From Schmidtea polychroa (lineage: Eukaryota), in contig CM097885.1 in assembly GCA_044892525.1 (NCBI GenBank), positions 372,001 to 436,000 on the forward strand: 64,000 nucleotides of DNA, in the 5' to 3' direction. The notes beneath the pieces are model-generated. The model saw nothing but the letters and a program-made list of their open reading frames with translations, did no database searches and was not told the origin of the DNA. Below are positions 1 through 16,250 of this stretch, in pieces. Every line of letters starts with the position of its first letter. The stretch's first letter is position 1. A program made the position numbers and the translations under genes.

Positions 1-3051
<3,051 letters not shown>

Positions 3052-3499
3052 GTACTATGCTAATGATAGCAGACTGTCTGCGACACAGGAGAAGGGCTTG
3101 GGACCAGGGAATAAAAATAATAGACCTAATTGCATCTAATGGCACAGAGTGCTTATTAGTGCAAGTACCCTAACGGTAAAAAGCAAGAATAAGTGTAGTC
3201 AGAGGCATAAATAACCAACTGACACATAACAAACATGTAAATGATTTGATAACTCGCCAATATCAAATCATTGAGCGGTTTTATCTCTGATATTCCCGTG
3301 AAGCACTGCATAATAGTGCTCAAATCCTTGCCCACCAGCGTAGTGATGACCGATGATCCCTCATGGGAACACAGAAGAAAATATTTCGTTTAAAAACCAA
3401 ACCAGTTATGCTATGACCGCTTTGAGGTTGAAGCTCATCCGCCAGGATCCGACCTTCTCTTTGGAGCGGTAGGTAAAACCAAGCTTTGCATCTTATATT

Positions 3500-3695
3500 G
3501 GAGTGATTCTCCGAAGCACTGGTAAACGGCGGGAGTTATATTGTAACGATTGTTTTTGGAATCTTGCATGTAATATTTTTACGGAAAAGAAGTGCTAGGA
3601 AGTGATTCTCCTAAGCGCTGGGAAACGGCGGGAGTAATCTGGTAATAATTTGAGTTTCTGAATAACATTAAAGAAATATTTTCACGGTAAAAAAG
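3500..3695. repeat. Two diverged ~100-bp direct repeats
   Basis: agtgattctcc.aagc.ctgg.aaacggcgggagt at ~3502 and ~3601. Confidence 0.7.
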
Positions 3696-3989
3696 GGGAC
3701 CGCCATCCGGCATTGGATCATCCTCCTGCAGCAGAATTATCTTTTTCATTTTCCTTAACTTTTAATTTTTCTATTTCTTTAACCTTTTTATAGAAAACTT
3801 TATTATCCTTTTCTATATTTGAAAATTTTTCATTATTAAAAGCGAAAATATCATTAATACCGCAATTTTGAATATTAATTACCGTTATTTTAGCTTTCGG
3901 ATAATTTTGAAATAATAAATATGGCATTTTCATGCTTTTCCTTGTCATCGGGCGAGATTTTTTTCCAATCGGCCAGTGTGATTCCATCA

Positions 3990-5945
3990 AGTCCTGGAGC
4001 AGTGTTTTGGAGTTGTGAGAAGATTTATTATTTAGGATCTTCGTTATCTCCTCTTTAGGTTTTGTTTTATATTTGGATCTTTTAATACAAAGCAGTTCAT
4101 TTTTAGTCCTGGTTTTGTTATGGACAATGTCTGCTGGTTTTTTAATTTTCTATTTTTTCCATTTCATTAAGGGCTGTTTCACGGTCCATATTGTCGTTAT
4201 TTAAATTAGTTATTAAACCTTTAATAAGTGGGAGGTATTTTTTAATATTATCGTCAGGTATTTTGTAGGTAAAATAAATTTCCTCAACAGTTCTGATATT
4301 TTTTTGCATAATAGTAATTTTAGGAATGGTTAGTTTAGTATTCTTTATCAGGCATTGGATGAGGTGGCACACAAAAAAGGCAACTGGGATATTCATATTT
4401 TATGAGTGTAATTGCGAGTGGTGAAACGATTTTTTGCAGATCAAGAATGGTATTCAGTATGCTATTAGCGAGAGATAAGTGTATGGAGTGGCTATCGTCA
4501 AGTAAAGAATCTATTATAACAGCTAATTGTCTCCGCTTATCAAGATAAAAGAAAAACCAGTTGTCTTTGCCATTTGACATTGGCATAATAATTTCGTTCC
4601 ACTCTGCGAAGTCTTTGAAGGGGAAAGAGGAGAAGAAGGTTTTGTAATTATGCTGGATTAGAAAGTTATCAACATAAGGGTCAACAAAGATGGTAGATTT
4701 TTTCATGGCGAAAGAGTAAACGAATGCCTTTATTGTGTGCTGGGACAATCAAGCTGATTCCTCATACACGTTATTTGTGAATAAGCAATCATTTGGTATT
4801 TCTCTACTATAGTTAAAATCAAAATCATTTAGACATTCTTCATCTGATGAAGTTTGTTTCCCTTCCTTTGTGTTTCAAGGTTATCTGCAATCACCTCCTG
4901 GGTGTTTAATACATTATTCATAATATTATAGTCATAATAATATTGTTAGTATTTGGTGGTATTGGGTGGCGTTGAGCTATATGATTGATAATGCCATCTA
5001 TTGGGACCCAGCTCCTATATGCACAGTATATATCGGCATTTTTATCAATAATTCTATTTCTATGTTTTTTTGACATGTGCTCCCATACATATGCCAATGG
5101 AGTGTCCCAATTCCACGTCGTGAAGCATTTTTTGTAGTTCTTATTGTGGCTATTACATGTGAGGTGATTATTTTTGTCGATTTTAATAAATATCATTTTG
5201 AGGGTATCTTTATCATTTTGTATTTCATGAACATATTGTTCGACATGTCTGTAAATGTCTTTGTGCGTAACCGGATATATTACATAGCGTTCGTCATCAC
5301 CTTTACATTGGCCGCAGTCTATGATGGAGTGTTCTGTGATAATAATGTTGTGTCTTTCAAGTGCGTGCTTATCCAATTTTTCCCTATTGTAAATGGAAAT
5401 CGCTCCACAAAAAGGTGTGCGTAAGTGGTGTCTGCATCTACATTTCCCTCTGGAGTTGAAGTAGTAGAGGTTAGGATCTTGCATGTATAGTGATTTCAGA
5501 CTAGGTGGTATTAATGTTTGGGTTGGTTTTGGGATTTCGCTTGTGTCCATGGATATTTTTATTCCAACAAGGGATTTAGGTTTATTACAACTACAACATT
5601 TAGAGTTAGTAGCATTATTTTTATTTTTAGCGTTATCTGCTCCATTATCAGTTGCATTAATTACGGGTAAGTTGTCTATCAGAGCGATGGCGTTTTTGGG
5701 ATCATTAGAGAATAAGGATGAGTTGGACTGAAGGTTTTCGTTAAGGATAGATTTTTCGTTTAAAGGGGAGAGTTTATAAGAAATAGGGTTTATGAAAGAA
5801 TACTCAACGTCATCGGTTACAGAGTTTCTTTGTATAGAAGCCTCTATGATATCATGAGAGTCGTTATGGCTTACTGAGGCTATGGAGATGTGAGAGTTAG
5901 TTGTTTCGACGATAGAAGTATCGTTTAATGGAGAAGGTTTGAAGT
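3990..5945 (-). pseudogene. Internally deleted fragment of NeSL-like LINE (same family as 54.5-59.5 kb): Zn-finger region and Ulp1-like domain up to the RT start
   Basis: ORFs 4918..5964, 4335..4748 and 4142..4396 are near-identical to 57308..58594 and 56238..56909; frameshifts and deletions present. Confidence 0.88.
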
Positions 5946-6560
5946 ATATGGGATTTTTTTCCATTCATTCTGTTTATCTGGTCGAGTTGCCTAAAATAAA
6001 GGTAAATATTGGAGCTATTAAAGATAATTTTATCGTAGTCTGGAGGCTTCAATGGTACAGCTTTTTTTGCCTCCTGGCTTTTGTGATAAATTTCTCTTCT
6101 TCTCCATTGAGAACCCACCGAAAAAAGAAAAAATCAAATTTTATTTTATGCAATTAACGGGGCACATGGCCAAGAAGGGGAGATGTTATCTGTAGCTTTT
6201 AGTTCAATAGACTGGATGTTAGAGTGTAATACTCCTACATCAAAACGTGGTTTTTCCTGAAAACTTCAGCCCTATTTGGAGTCTGGGATCCATTCTGAAG
6301 CTCCTGGCATTGGCTCATTCACATTTACAGGTAAGCATCATTGAGCAGAGTAGGGATAATCATGGCTAATCACAGACTTGATCAGCCATGGCTCGTATAG
6401 ATGCATCTGGCATTCATTCATTCAGGTTAGTTTATTAGGAGAGGTAGAGCAAGTCCATCCTCTGTCTGGTGAGTATATGTCATTGAATTCTCATTGAATT
6501 CTGAGGAGGCATTCCAAACAGATCGGGACAGATTTCGCAGTTATAGTAATTGTTAGGAGA
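5946..6560 (-). mobile_element. Remnant related to the degenerate element at 51.9-53.8 kb (probable 5' region)
   Basis: RRREIYHKSQEA..KPPDY resembles the translation at ~53300-53440, and the flanking non-coding DNA is also homologous. Confidence 0.5.
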
Positions 6561-6619
6561 GGCAGTTAAGGCTTCTGTCTGATTAGTTTATATGCAATTA
6601 TGAGCACTAAAATCTTTCG

Positions 6620-7550
6620 TTTAAATCTATCCTTAATAGGATAGAGTTTATAATAAATAGGGTTTATGAAAGAATCCTCAACGTCATCGGTTACAGAGTT
6701 TCTTTGTATAGAAGCCTCTATGATATCATGAGAGTCTTTATGGCTTACTGAGTCTATGGAGATGTGAGAGTTAGTTGTTTCGACGATAGAAGTATCGTTT
6801 AATGGAGAAGGTTTGAAGGATATGGGATTTTTCATAGAGTCATTATCCATATTAGAGTGTGAAAGGTGGTTAGAGTATTTCTTTGAGATGTTGGACTCAT
6901 CTTTAATGGGAGTTGAAGTAATATTTGGGAGATAGAGATTATCAAGATTAGTATTTGATGAGGCACTGCTCGATAGTTGGACATCATCGCAGTCTTCATC
7001 ATCAAGATCACAGGTATTAGTTTTATTGGTAGGAGGGTTTATGTAAAAAGGAGTATTATTATCCGACGAAGCTTTAAGGACTGGAGTGATAGGAGTTGTA
7101 GCTGAGATTGAGAGTATTGGCCTTGACAAGGTGTTTGTTGTCAAAAAGTCTCTTGATAATCGAGCAGATGAGATAACAGGTGTTTTTTTATGAATATTTC
7201 TATTATAATTAGATTTTGATAATTTAATATTAGAATTAGTGAATTTAAAAAATTTTAATATTTTATTTAGGCTTGAAGGTTTAATGGTATTCATCTTTTT
7301 AGGTGAATTGGGGATATCGCGGTTATGGTCTATAAAGGTGGTGATTGGTTTTGAGAAGTGCGATAAAAGATTAAAGGCTTTTTAACAGTATTAACGTTGA
7401 CGAAATTGTCAATATTTGGAGGAATGATAGGTTTAGAAGAGTGAGATCTTAAAGGATGGAGAACTAACGGTTTTTTGATAACGGGTTTATTTGAAGCAGT
7501 GGTGTTATAGGTCTTAATAAGGATAGAGTAAAGGCTAACTCGTAGGGTTA
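6620..7550 (-). pseudogene. 5' Ser/Pro-rich part of the same NeSL-like LINE family
   Basis: ORF 6566..7294 matches 58450-59300 (KPSSLNKILK, SSARLSR, FKPSPLNDTS). Confidence 0.85.
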
Positions 7551-7799
7551 AAGGCTTTGCATAATTTGAGATATTACTAACCCTTATTTACCCGTCTTTT
7601 TCAAATTCGATTGTTATTCCGAATTGAATTTTGACGGAGCCTAATTCGTTAATAATATCTCCTCATTTTATTATTAGTTGTTCAGGAAATATTATTTCTT
7701 TTATATTTAAGTCGCTTGTATTTAAGCTTAATATTTGATGTGTAATTTTAGCAATAATTTAGCAATGAATCAATTGGATTGACTCATGGTTTCGCGGGC

Positions 7800-8562
7800 T
7801 CACATCTCTCAACTATCCACCTGGTAGTAAAGTTGAAAAGATGTTATTAACACACGAAGCGATGCGGATGATCTCATTGCTGTTATACTCAATAAGGAAA
7901 TTGTGTGCTTAGATAGACCAATGTATATTGGACAAACCATACTTGATTTATCTAAACTTCGCATGTACCAGTTTCAATATAAAGAACTGCAGAGTTATAG
8001 AGAAAATTCAATTGTCAAATTAATATCGTAGCCGGTGACACAGATTCCTTCTTTCTAGAGTGTAAAAATGTTGATTTACGCTTACAACTATATCCAAAAA
8101 TGATTGAAGATGGACTCTTAGATACTTCAAATTATCCAGTGACTGATTCATTTTTCTCAGATAAAATTTGTTCTGTAATCGGGAAATTCAAGGATGAGAA
8201 TAAAGGAAATCAATATAAAGAATGGGTGTTTCTTCGTTCCAAGTGCTACTCACTCCAAGGCGATAAAACACTCTAAAAGCCAAAGGAATAAGACTTACAA
8301 ATTCTAATATCACCCATGAAGCTTATAAAAAAAGTGTATACTGATGGTGGAACAGTGAGCATTCCATAAAAAAGAATAGGAAGTGTCAATCATCAGTTGT
8401 ATACTTTCATGACAGAAAAACGAGCTCTCCAATGTTTGGACGATAAAAGGTATTGGTACAATTGTAATGAAAGCTATGCCTACGGTCACTATAAGATTCG
8501 TCACATGCATATTGCAACTTCTATGTCTAGAAATGAATGCAAATCGAAACAAGCACTTTAAC
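7800..8562 (+). pseudogene. Polinton pPolB C-terminal fragment (lineage B); preceded by a short inverted lineage-A N-terminal piece at ~7560-7745
   Basis: Translates to DRPMYIGQ.ILDLSKLRMY, AGDTDSFF, IGKFKDE, KAKG, DDKR with frameshifts. Confidence 0.88.
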
Positions 8563-9195
8563 AATTAAATTTATGTGAATAATAAAATATATATTGTGAA
8601 TTATTTGACTTCGTTAATTAAAATATGTTTTATCATTTAATAATTCATTTGTCCAATTAATTTAGATAATTAGTTTTAAGTAAGAATTATTATTTATCAT
8701 GAAAAACTTTGCTTTGTTTTGAAAAATTAATGCCCATTTTATTTTAAATTAACACAGCTTTATTTTATGATAATTACTAATTAAAATTTTATTCAAATTG
8801 AAATATTATTGTTACAATTTACACTCTTGTTAGAATATATTAAATGTAAATGTAAAATAATAACAATAAAAAAAATAATAATAATAAATAAAAAAATTAA
8901 ATAAAAAAATTTAAATTAAAAAAAATAATAATAATTAGTTAAATAATTAATTAAAAATTAATTAAAAAAATCAGTTAAATAACGTATGTAATTAAAATAA
9001 AATATTAATAATTAATTAATTAATTAAATGTAATAAATTGAAAATTTACTAAAGTAATTAATTAAAACAAAAAACATAATAAAATAATTACTTAATAAAT
9101 TTAAAAAAAAAATTAAATAAAATGATTCGATTGACCTATATTTGATCTGGACATTGGGATGACTTGAAAGTGTCCTGGAGTCCTCACTATATACT

Positions 9196-9475
9196 ACAAC
9201 AGTTTATACGGTAAAACTGTGGAAAACTTGAAGAAACGTATAAATTTGAGATTATGCAACTAAAGCAAAAGATTGATAACTTATTGTAGTCATCCTATGT
9301 TTCGTCGTAGCATCAAGATTACCGATGATCTCATTGCTGTTATACTCAATAAGGAAATCGTGTGTTTAGATAGACCAATGTATATTGGACAAATCGTACT
9401 TGATTTATCCAAACTTCGCATGTACCAATTTCAATATAAAGAGCTACAGAATTATAGAGAAGAATTCAATTGTCA
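9196..9475 (+). pseudogene. pPolB fragment beginning at motif B
   Basis: NSLYGKTVENLKKR...DRPMYIGQIVLDLSKLRMY, with an internal stop. Confidence 0.85.
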
Positions 9476-9606
9476 AAAAAAAAATTAAATAGAAGTAATT
9501 AAATAAATTTAAAAAAAAATAAATAGAAAAGATTCTATTGACCTATATTTGAGATGGACATTGGGATGACCTTGAAAGTGTCCTGGAGTCCTCACTATAT
9601 ACTACT

Positions 9607-11185
9607 AATTATAATCATAATTTTCTTTAATTTAACCCTTTATTTACTTAATTTAGCCCTTGTTTACCGAATATAGAAGTTTAAAATATAGACCATTGAT
9701 TACTTTAATTTAAAAATATATCCCTTAATTTACATAATTTCCATCTAAAATTATTTCAAAAAAATTTTTTTTCTAAAATTGTCATTGAAAAATATTTCAT
9801 AAAAGTTTTCACTGAAAATTGACCTTAATTGATAATTTTAGACCTTACTTTACTTAATTGAAATTTTAGACTTTAATTTACTTAAGTTTAAAAATATATA
9901 CCATAATTTACTTTACTTTTAAATTTTAGACCTTAATTTACTTAAGTTTAAAAATATATACCACAATTTACTGTAATTGAAAATTAGGACCATAATTTAC
10001 TGTAATTTATTTTTTTAGAACCATAATTTACTGTAATTGAAAAATTTGGACCTTAATTACTTAATTGAAAATTTTAGACCTTAATTGAAAATTTTAGGGG
10101 GGGGGGGGGGAGAAGGGGTCTGCGGCAACTTTTTTTTTGCGGCAACTTTTTTCTTGCTGCAAATTTTGATTACGCAATTGTTGCAACTAATTTTTTTTGT
10201 TGTACAGTAAGTTACGATTATTTTTTTTTTTAGAATTTTCAATAGAAAAAAAACAAGTTGCAACAATTGCGCAATCAAATGTTGCAGCAAAAAAAGGCTT
10301 CCATTTGAAGCGGGCTCCTAACCACCTACTAAACGGCGCCTGAGAAATGAAATTTTTTCAATGACAATTTTACATGAAAATTATGGTCTAAAATTTTCAA
10401 TTAATGTCCAAATTTTGAATTAAAGTTAATTAAGGGTCAAAATTTAAAATTAAAGTAAATTAAGGTTCTAAAAAATTAAATTAAAGTTAATTAAGGTCCA
10501 AATTTTTATATTAAGTAATCAATGGTCAAATATTTTAAATAAGTAAATTAAAGTAATAATTTTTAAATAAGTAATGTAATAAGCAAATTAAAGTAAGATT
10601 TTAAATTAAAATTTTTAATTAAGGTCTAAAATTTTCAATTAAAGTAAATTAAGGTCCAAATTTTGAATTAAAGTTAATTAAGGGTCAAAATTTAAAATTA
10701 AAGTAAATTAAGGTTCTAAAAAATTAAATTAAAGTTAATTAAGGTCCAAATTTTTAAATTAAGTAATCAATGGTCAAATATTTTAAATAAGTAAATTAAA
10801 GTAATAATTTTTAAATAAGTAATGTAATAAGCAAATTAAAGTAAGATTTTAAATTTATTAACAAAATAATAGAAGGTGTTTGAGAATTGAAATTTTTTAA
10901 TGAAAATTTTTATGAAATAATTTTTTAAGTAATTTTAGATGGAAATTTTTATGGAATAATTTTTAAGATAATTTTTAAAAAAAATTTTTATGAAATATTT
11001 TTCAATGACAATTTTAGAAAAAAAATTTTTTGAAATAATTTTAGATGGAAATTATTTAAATTAAGGGATACATTTTTAAATTAAAGTAATCAATGATCTA
11101 TATTTTAAACTTCTATATTCGGTAAACAAAGACTAAATTAAGTAAATAAAGGGTTAAATTAAAGAAAATTATGATTATAATTATA
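9607..11185. repeat. Inverted-repeat-bounded block of ~30-bp AT-rich subterminal repeats containing a candidate Polinton terminus (10310-10330)
   Basis: 9607-9805 is the reverse complement of ~10985-11182. Units resemble ttaatttacttaattgaaaattttagacc. The GC-rich core ends ...cctaaccacctact. Confidence 0.7.
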
Positions 11186-12179
11186 ATAAGATTTAAAGAA
11201 TAATTACCTTTTCATTTAACACCATTTTAGAATAATATTTTTTATCAAAGTTCTTATCTTGATTTATTTAATTTTAATTGAAAGTAATGACGAAATAGAG
11301 CGTGTTGTCTTTAATTTTAATGAATTAATTTGAAAGATTATTTAGATAAATATTTGTGTTTAAGGTATTCCTTAGTAATATTTTTTTTAGAGTTGATGGT
11401 TTTTGTGAATTTTTATCATTTTCATGAATTTCATGTGGATAGAATGAATATTTAAAAATTTTAAGTTAGTTCTAAGATAAATTAAATTAATTTCTTGATA
11501 ATTGGATGCATTTTTATTGATTGGTTTTTTAATTTTAAATAAAAATTATTTTTAATGACAGTTAGGTTAATAATCACGTGATAGGATATGACTTTGTAAT
11601 AATATTTTTTTTCATATATTTTCTAAGAATTTCATGTAGATCTATTTAAAAATTTAAAATTTTAATGACGATTTTAATTGAATTTCTTGATAATTTGTTA
11701 AATTTTAAATAAAAATTAATTTTTTTTTAATGACTGTTAGGTTAATAATTAAGTAATTGGTTTAATTTTAGATGACTTTGTAATGCATTTGACTAAATAA
11801 TTTTTTTCAATAATTTGCTAAGAATATTAACACATTGATGAACTTTTTTTAAAAAACATAAGCTAAGAAACCAGTTAACCTTATCAAGAACTTTAAATTT
11901 ACTTGATAATTTACAGAAATAATATACAAAATTTAATTTACAGAAATAATTTACAAAATAATAATACAGAAATTTATGATTAAGTTTGCTTTTATGAACA
12001 ATCAATATATATCATCTCTAGTTAGGTATTTGATAGGTGAAATATTTGTAGTAAATAATAAGTTTATTATGTCTTTGTTACATAACTCGACTTTAGCGTC
12101 AAAATGTGTTTTTAAAATAAATTTTAATTTTAAAATACCGCAATGTAATATATTAATTTTTTCCTACCCTTCCTTGATT

Positions 12180-12245
12180 TTGATTGGTTAGAATTTGTTC
12201 CTATAAACAATAATAATCTATAAACAATAATAATCTATAAACAAT
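12180..12245 (+). promoter_or_regulatory. Candidate PolB promoter (reverse CCAAT followed by TATAAA)
   Basis: TGATTGG followed by three TATAAACAATAAT repeats ~50-90 nt upstream of ATG 12289; the same layout occurs at ~29765-29860 and ~41410. Confidence 0.5.
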
Positions 12246-13029
12246 AATCAATCATTAGTCACATTTAACAAATAATTAACCTTTAAAAATGAATTCTTTA
12301 ATAGAAAACGTTATGAATGTTCGAGAAAAAATTCAGGAATTTGGTAAATTTTAATTTATTTATTAATTAATTTATTAATTAATTTAGATAATATTAATGA
12401 AGACAATTTAAAATCGAAGATTAAAGGAAATTTGAAAAGAAAAAGTAAACATAATTTTTAATTTATTAATTTAATTAATTAATAATTTAGGTAATACGAA
12501 TAAAGAGAAAAAATATGTCAATGTGTCAATAAATCGAAATGAAAATTTACAATGTAAGTATTGATTACTTTTTATAATTTAAAGGAAATTTAATATAATT
12601 TTTTATTTAAGTAAATGTTAATATTTTTAATTTAGTAAATTTTTATTTTTTAGTAAATAAAATTTGTAAAATAATAATAATTTGCAAATTTTTGCGTAAA
12701 CATTTATTAAAATCTTTCATTTAAATTATATATTTTTATTAAATTTTTATTTTATAGGTATACTTTATCCAAATTATTGTTCATCGAAAAAACATGATAA
12801 TAATTGCCATTCTATAATGGAGAATTATTACAAGAAAAGATATTATAATAAAACTTATTTTATATGTCCCGTATGTAAGACTAGTGACCCTGTAACATGT
12901 AGCGATTTTATAATAAACATAAAAATCATTTAGATAGGTTTAATTTTAAAAAAGATAGTGTTTTTAAAAGACCCTCAACTATAGAAAAAAATAATACAAA
13001 TAAAAAAATTAAATTAGATACTTCTTCTT

Positions 13030-13225
13030 TTGAATCCCAGGTCAGGTTAGAGGTTGAATCCCAGGCTGGATTGTCTTTTGTTGAATTCCAGGTCGGATTG
13101 TCTTTTGTTGAATCCAATGATGGATTGGTTGTTGAATCCCAGGTCGGATTGCCTTTTGTTGAATCCAATGATGGATTGGTTGTTGAATCCCAGGTCGGAT
13201 TGGTTGTTGAATCCAATGATGGATT
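13030..13225 (+). repeat. Coding minisatellite in the PolB N-terminal region (VESQVGL../VESNDGL.. units)
   Basis: Alternating 24/27-nt units gttgaatcccaggtcggattg / gttgaatccaatgatggattg; also at ~32503-32595 and ~42260-42480. Confidence 0.9.
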
Positions 13226-13975
13226 ATTCACTTCCTTTGATTCTTGGGATGGATTAAATATAATACAAATAGGTGGAAATGTATCGACAGTACAAAGAGA
13301 TTTAAGAGGTACCCATCAAATATTAAGCTTAAATACAGCGACTTAAATATAAAAGAAATAATATTTCCTGAACAACCAATAATAAAATTACGAGATATTA
13401 TTAACGAATTAGGATCCGTCAAAATTCAATTCGGAATAACAATCGAATTTGAAAAAGACGGGTAAATAAAGGTTAATAATATCTCCAATTACGCAAAACC
13501 TTTAACTGCATCATTTTTTGATCAAGGCATTAAGGAACTAAATGAGAAAATAACTAATATTACAGAGTTAGGAAGCAATTGGATTATAAAAATTATAACA
13601 GAAATCCACTTCACTATAACAAAAATAAGTAGGTTAAGTAGATTAAGTGGTAGGAGTTTCATTGAAACACCTACTTATCTAAAAAATAAATATTGTTTAA
13701 TTAATATAAGAAACACTGATGATTCATGTTTTTTATATAGCATTTTAGCTATTTTAAAATATGATGAAGTTAGTAGTTATGCTAGAAATAGGACATCGAG
13801 TTATATTTTATCAAACTTAGTATATAACCCGTTAGAATTACCTATGAAATTAAAAGACATTAGGAAATTTGAATCTAAAAATTCGGGTTTAATAATTAAT
13901 GTTTTTTCATATGATACTAGCAAACAATTAACTGATAATTATGTATTAAAACATCCACATTTAGATATTATACAT

Positions 13976-16250
13976 CAGGGGTGCCCACTAATTTTTCTAG
14001 GAGTGCTACATTCACATCCAAAATGTGTATGCGATCTACTTTTTTAATACTTACATAATATTTACCTAAAATGCAATAAATTCATCACAATAGAACAAAT
14101 ATATGTCAAAATATGGAAAATTAAACTATGTAACTATTTATTATAAAAAAATATAACTTAGGAAATCAAATTTAATGAAAATTATTGTTATATAGAACTT
14201 TTCGATGTTGATGCTCTACATTGGGTTGAATCCACTAGATTTTTGTAGTTTGGGATATAAGTGCTAAGACAACTTCTTAGGCTGGATTCCAAATGGTCAT
14301 CTGTTAATGTTGCTCGGTACTTTGACTTAATAATTTTCATATGTGAAAATGCAGACTCACATAAATAAGTTGAACCAAAAGATGATACTAAATTTTCGAA
14401 GCATTTTTTCAAGTTTGAATATTTATCCTCTGATAGATATTTCCATACATTTGGTTCGGAAGATCTTGATTTAATGAAGATATCATTTTGAAGTGTGATT
14501 ATTTCCATTTCAAGTATAGGGATATCCATTTTAAACAAAGTTGAAATTGAATCTGCAACAATTTCTGGCTTTATTTTTGGATTAAACGGAAAGGACATAA
14601 ATGCAGCCACAATTTCAAGTTTCTTGAAGTCTTGAAAACGTCTCTCGAGCTCTAAAACCAAAATTTTGATCTGTTCCGCATATCTCGTAATATTAAAGTT
14701 GACATTTTCAGATTCTTTTAATTGTGACAACATATTTGGAAAATAACTTAAATTTTTGTCTTTTATTTTGATAATAAGTAAATGAAGCTTTTGTATAAAT
14801 GCAATGATTGAACTTATCATATCGAATATCAATTTATCCTTACCATGTAAGTCGAGATTTAATTCATTCAGAATTGCAGTAATATCTACTAAAAATGCCA
14901 AATCCAAGAGCCAAACATCATCTTCCAATTGCTTGAACTCATCACCTCTTGCGGCAAGGAACAACTTAATCTCAGAAAGCAAATCTCTAAATCTTTGTAA
15001 GAATTTTCCTCTACTTAGCCACCTTACATCTGAATGCATCAGTAATTCAGCAGGACCTTCGCTATTACTTTCTTCAATTTGTAATTTGAAAAGTCGTCTC
15101 TGAAGACTTCTTGCACGAATCGAGTTAGCAATTTTGAATGTTATTTCCATAATATCTCTCATATTCTGAATTTTAGCACACAAGGTTTGTTGATGAATAA
15201 TACAGTTGTAGGAAAGAAAATCTGGGAATTCACAATCATTCCTACAATATGCTATAAATCCGTTGTGACACCTGTCATAGCTGGTGCGCCATCTGTTGTT
15301 ATTGATACAAGCTTACAAATTTGGAGCTGAATGCTGTTGGCATAAGCTTTAAAATTCTGAAATATATCCTCACCTCGAGTTTTACTTTTGAGTGGTATAA
15401 TTGTTAATAATTCTTCCTTCGTAGAAAAATCTTTAAAGACCATTCGAATAAAAATTATAAGCTGCGAAATATCAGCCGCATCAGTTGATTCGTCTGCTTG
15501 CAATGAAAATGCAGTACAATTTCCTATGTCTAACATTAACTGATATTTTAAATTGGTACTTTTTTCTTGGACTCTCCGTGTAACTGTATTACGGGACAAT
15601 TGCATATCAGTAATAGCAGAAATTATATCTGATTTATTTTTAAAATCACAAAATAATGATTCTGCCGCTTCTAAAAATGCTTCTTTTACAATTACTCCAT
15701 CACTAAAAGATTTCTTATTTTTTGCCAGAATGTAGCTTACTCGGAAAGATGCAGCTGTAGCTGACTTTGATTTGGATGCTAGCTTCGTAAAAAATAACTG
15801 CATGTTTTCAGTTCCATGATTTTAGACTTGCGTAGTTCACTGTCAAGTGGATAATCAACTGCAAAATTCTTATGAATTGTCTTGAAATGCCTTTCCAAAT
15901 TCCCTCTTTTTGGTAATGAAATAGTAGCTTTACAAATTAAGCAACAACATTTACCTTTAATCATTACAAAAAAGTACTCCTTCTCCATTTCTTCGCTATA
16001 ATGATAAGTCTTGGCTTTTCTATTTATCATTTTTTATTTAGCATTTTTTTATTTAGCATTTTTAAACAAAATTAATTTAACAAAAAAGCTTAAGAAAATT
16101 TTTCACTTTGTTACACAAAAATTTAAGTATAAAACAGAAATTTTATATAAAATCTAAATTTATATAAAAAATATTTTTTTTATGAAGATCTACTAAAAAA
16201 TCCTTCGCGGTCTACCGGATAGATCGCGATCGAACTTATGGGCACCCCTG
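13976..16250 (-). mobile_element. hAT DNA transposon, Buster/SPIN/Charlie-like (GTF2IRD2-type transposase), copy 1
   Basis: TIRs CAGGGGTGCCCA...TGGGCACCCCTG with a perfect 8-bp TSD TTATACAT (13968-13975, 16251-16258) having a central TA. Frameshifted transposase 14188-16030 with CLIC..RHFKTIH, DESTD, TDGAPAM, RWLSRG and STYLCESAFS. Confidence 0.96.

Noticed and set aside
3241..3271. 11-bp-stem hairpin ATGATTTGATA...TATCAAATCAT
   Set aside because: Single AT-rich occurrence with no ribozyme core or second copy to support function.
12926..13257. Antisense and alternate-frame repeat ORFs (DSTTNP..., NPMMDW...)
   Set aside because: Shadow frames of the PolB coding minisatellite.
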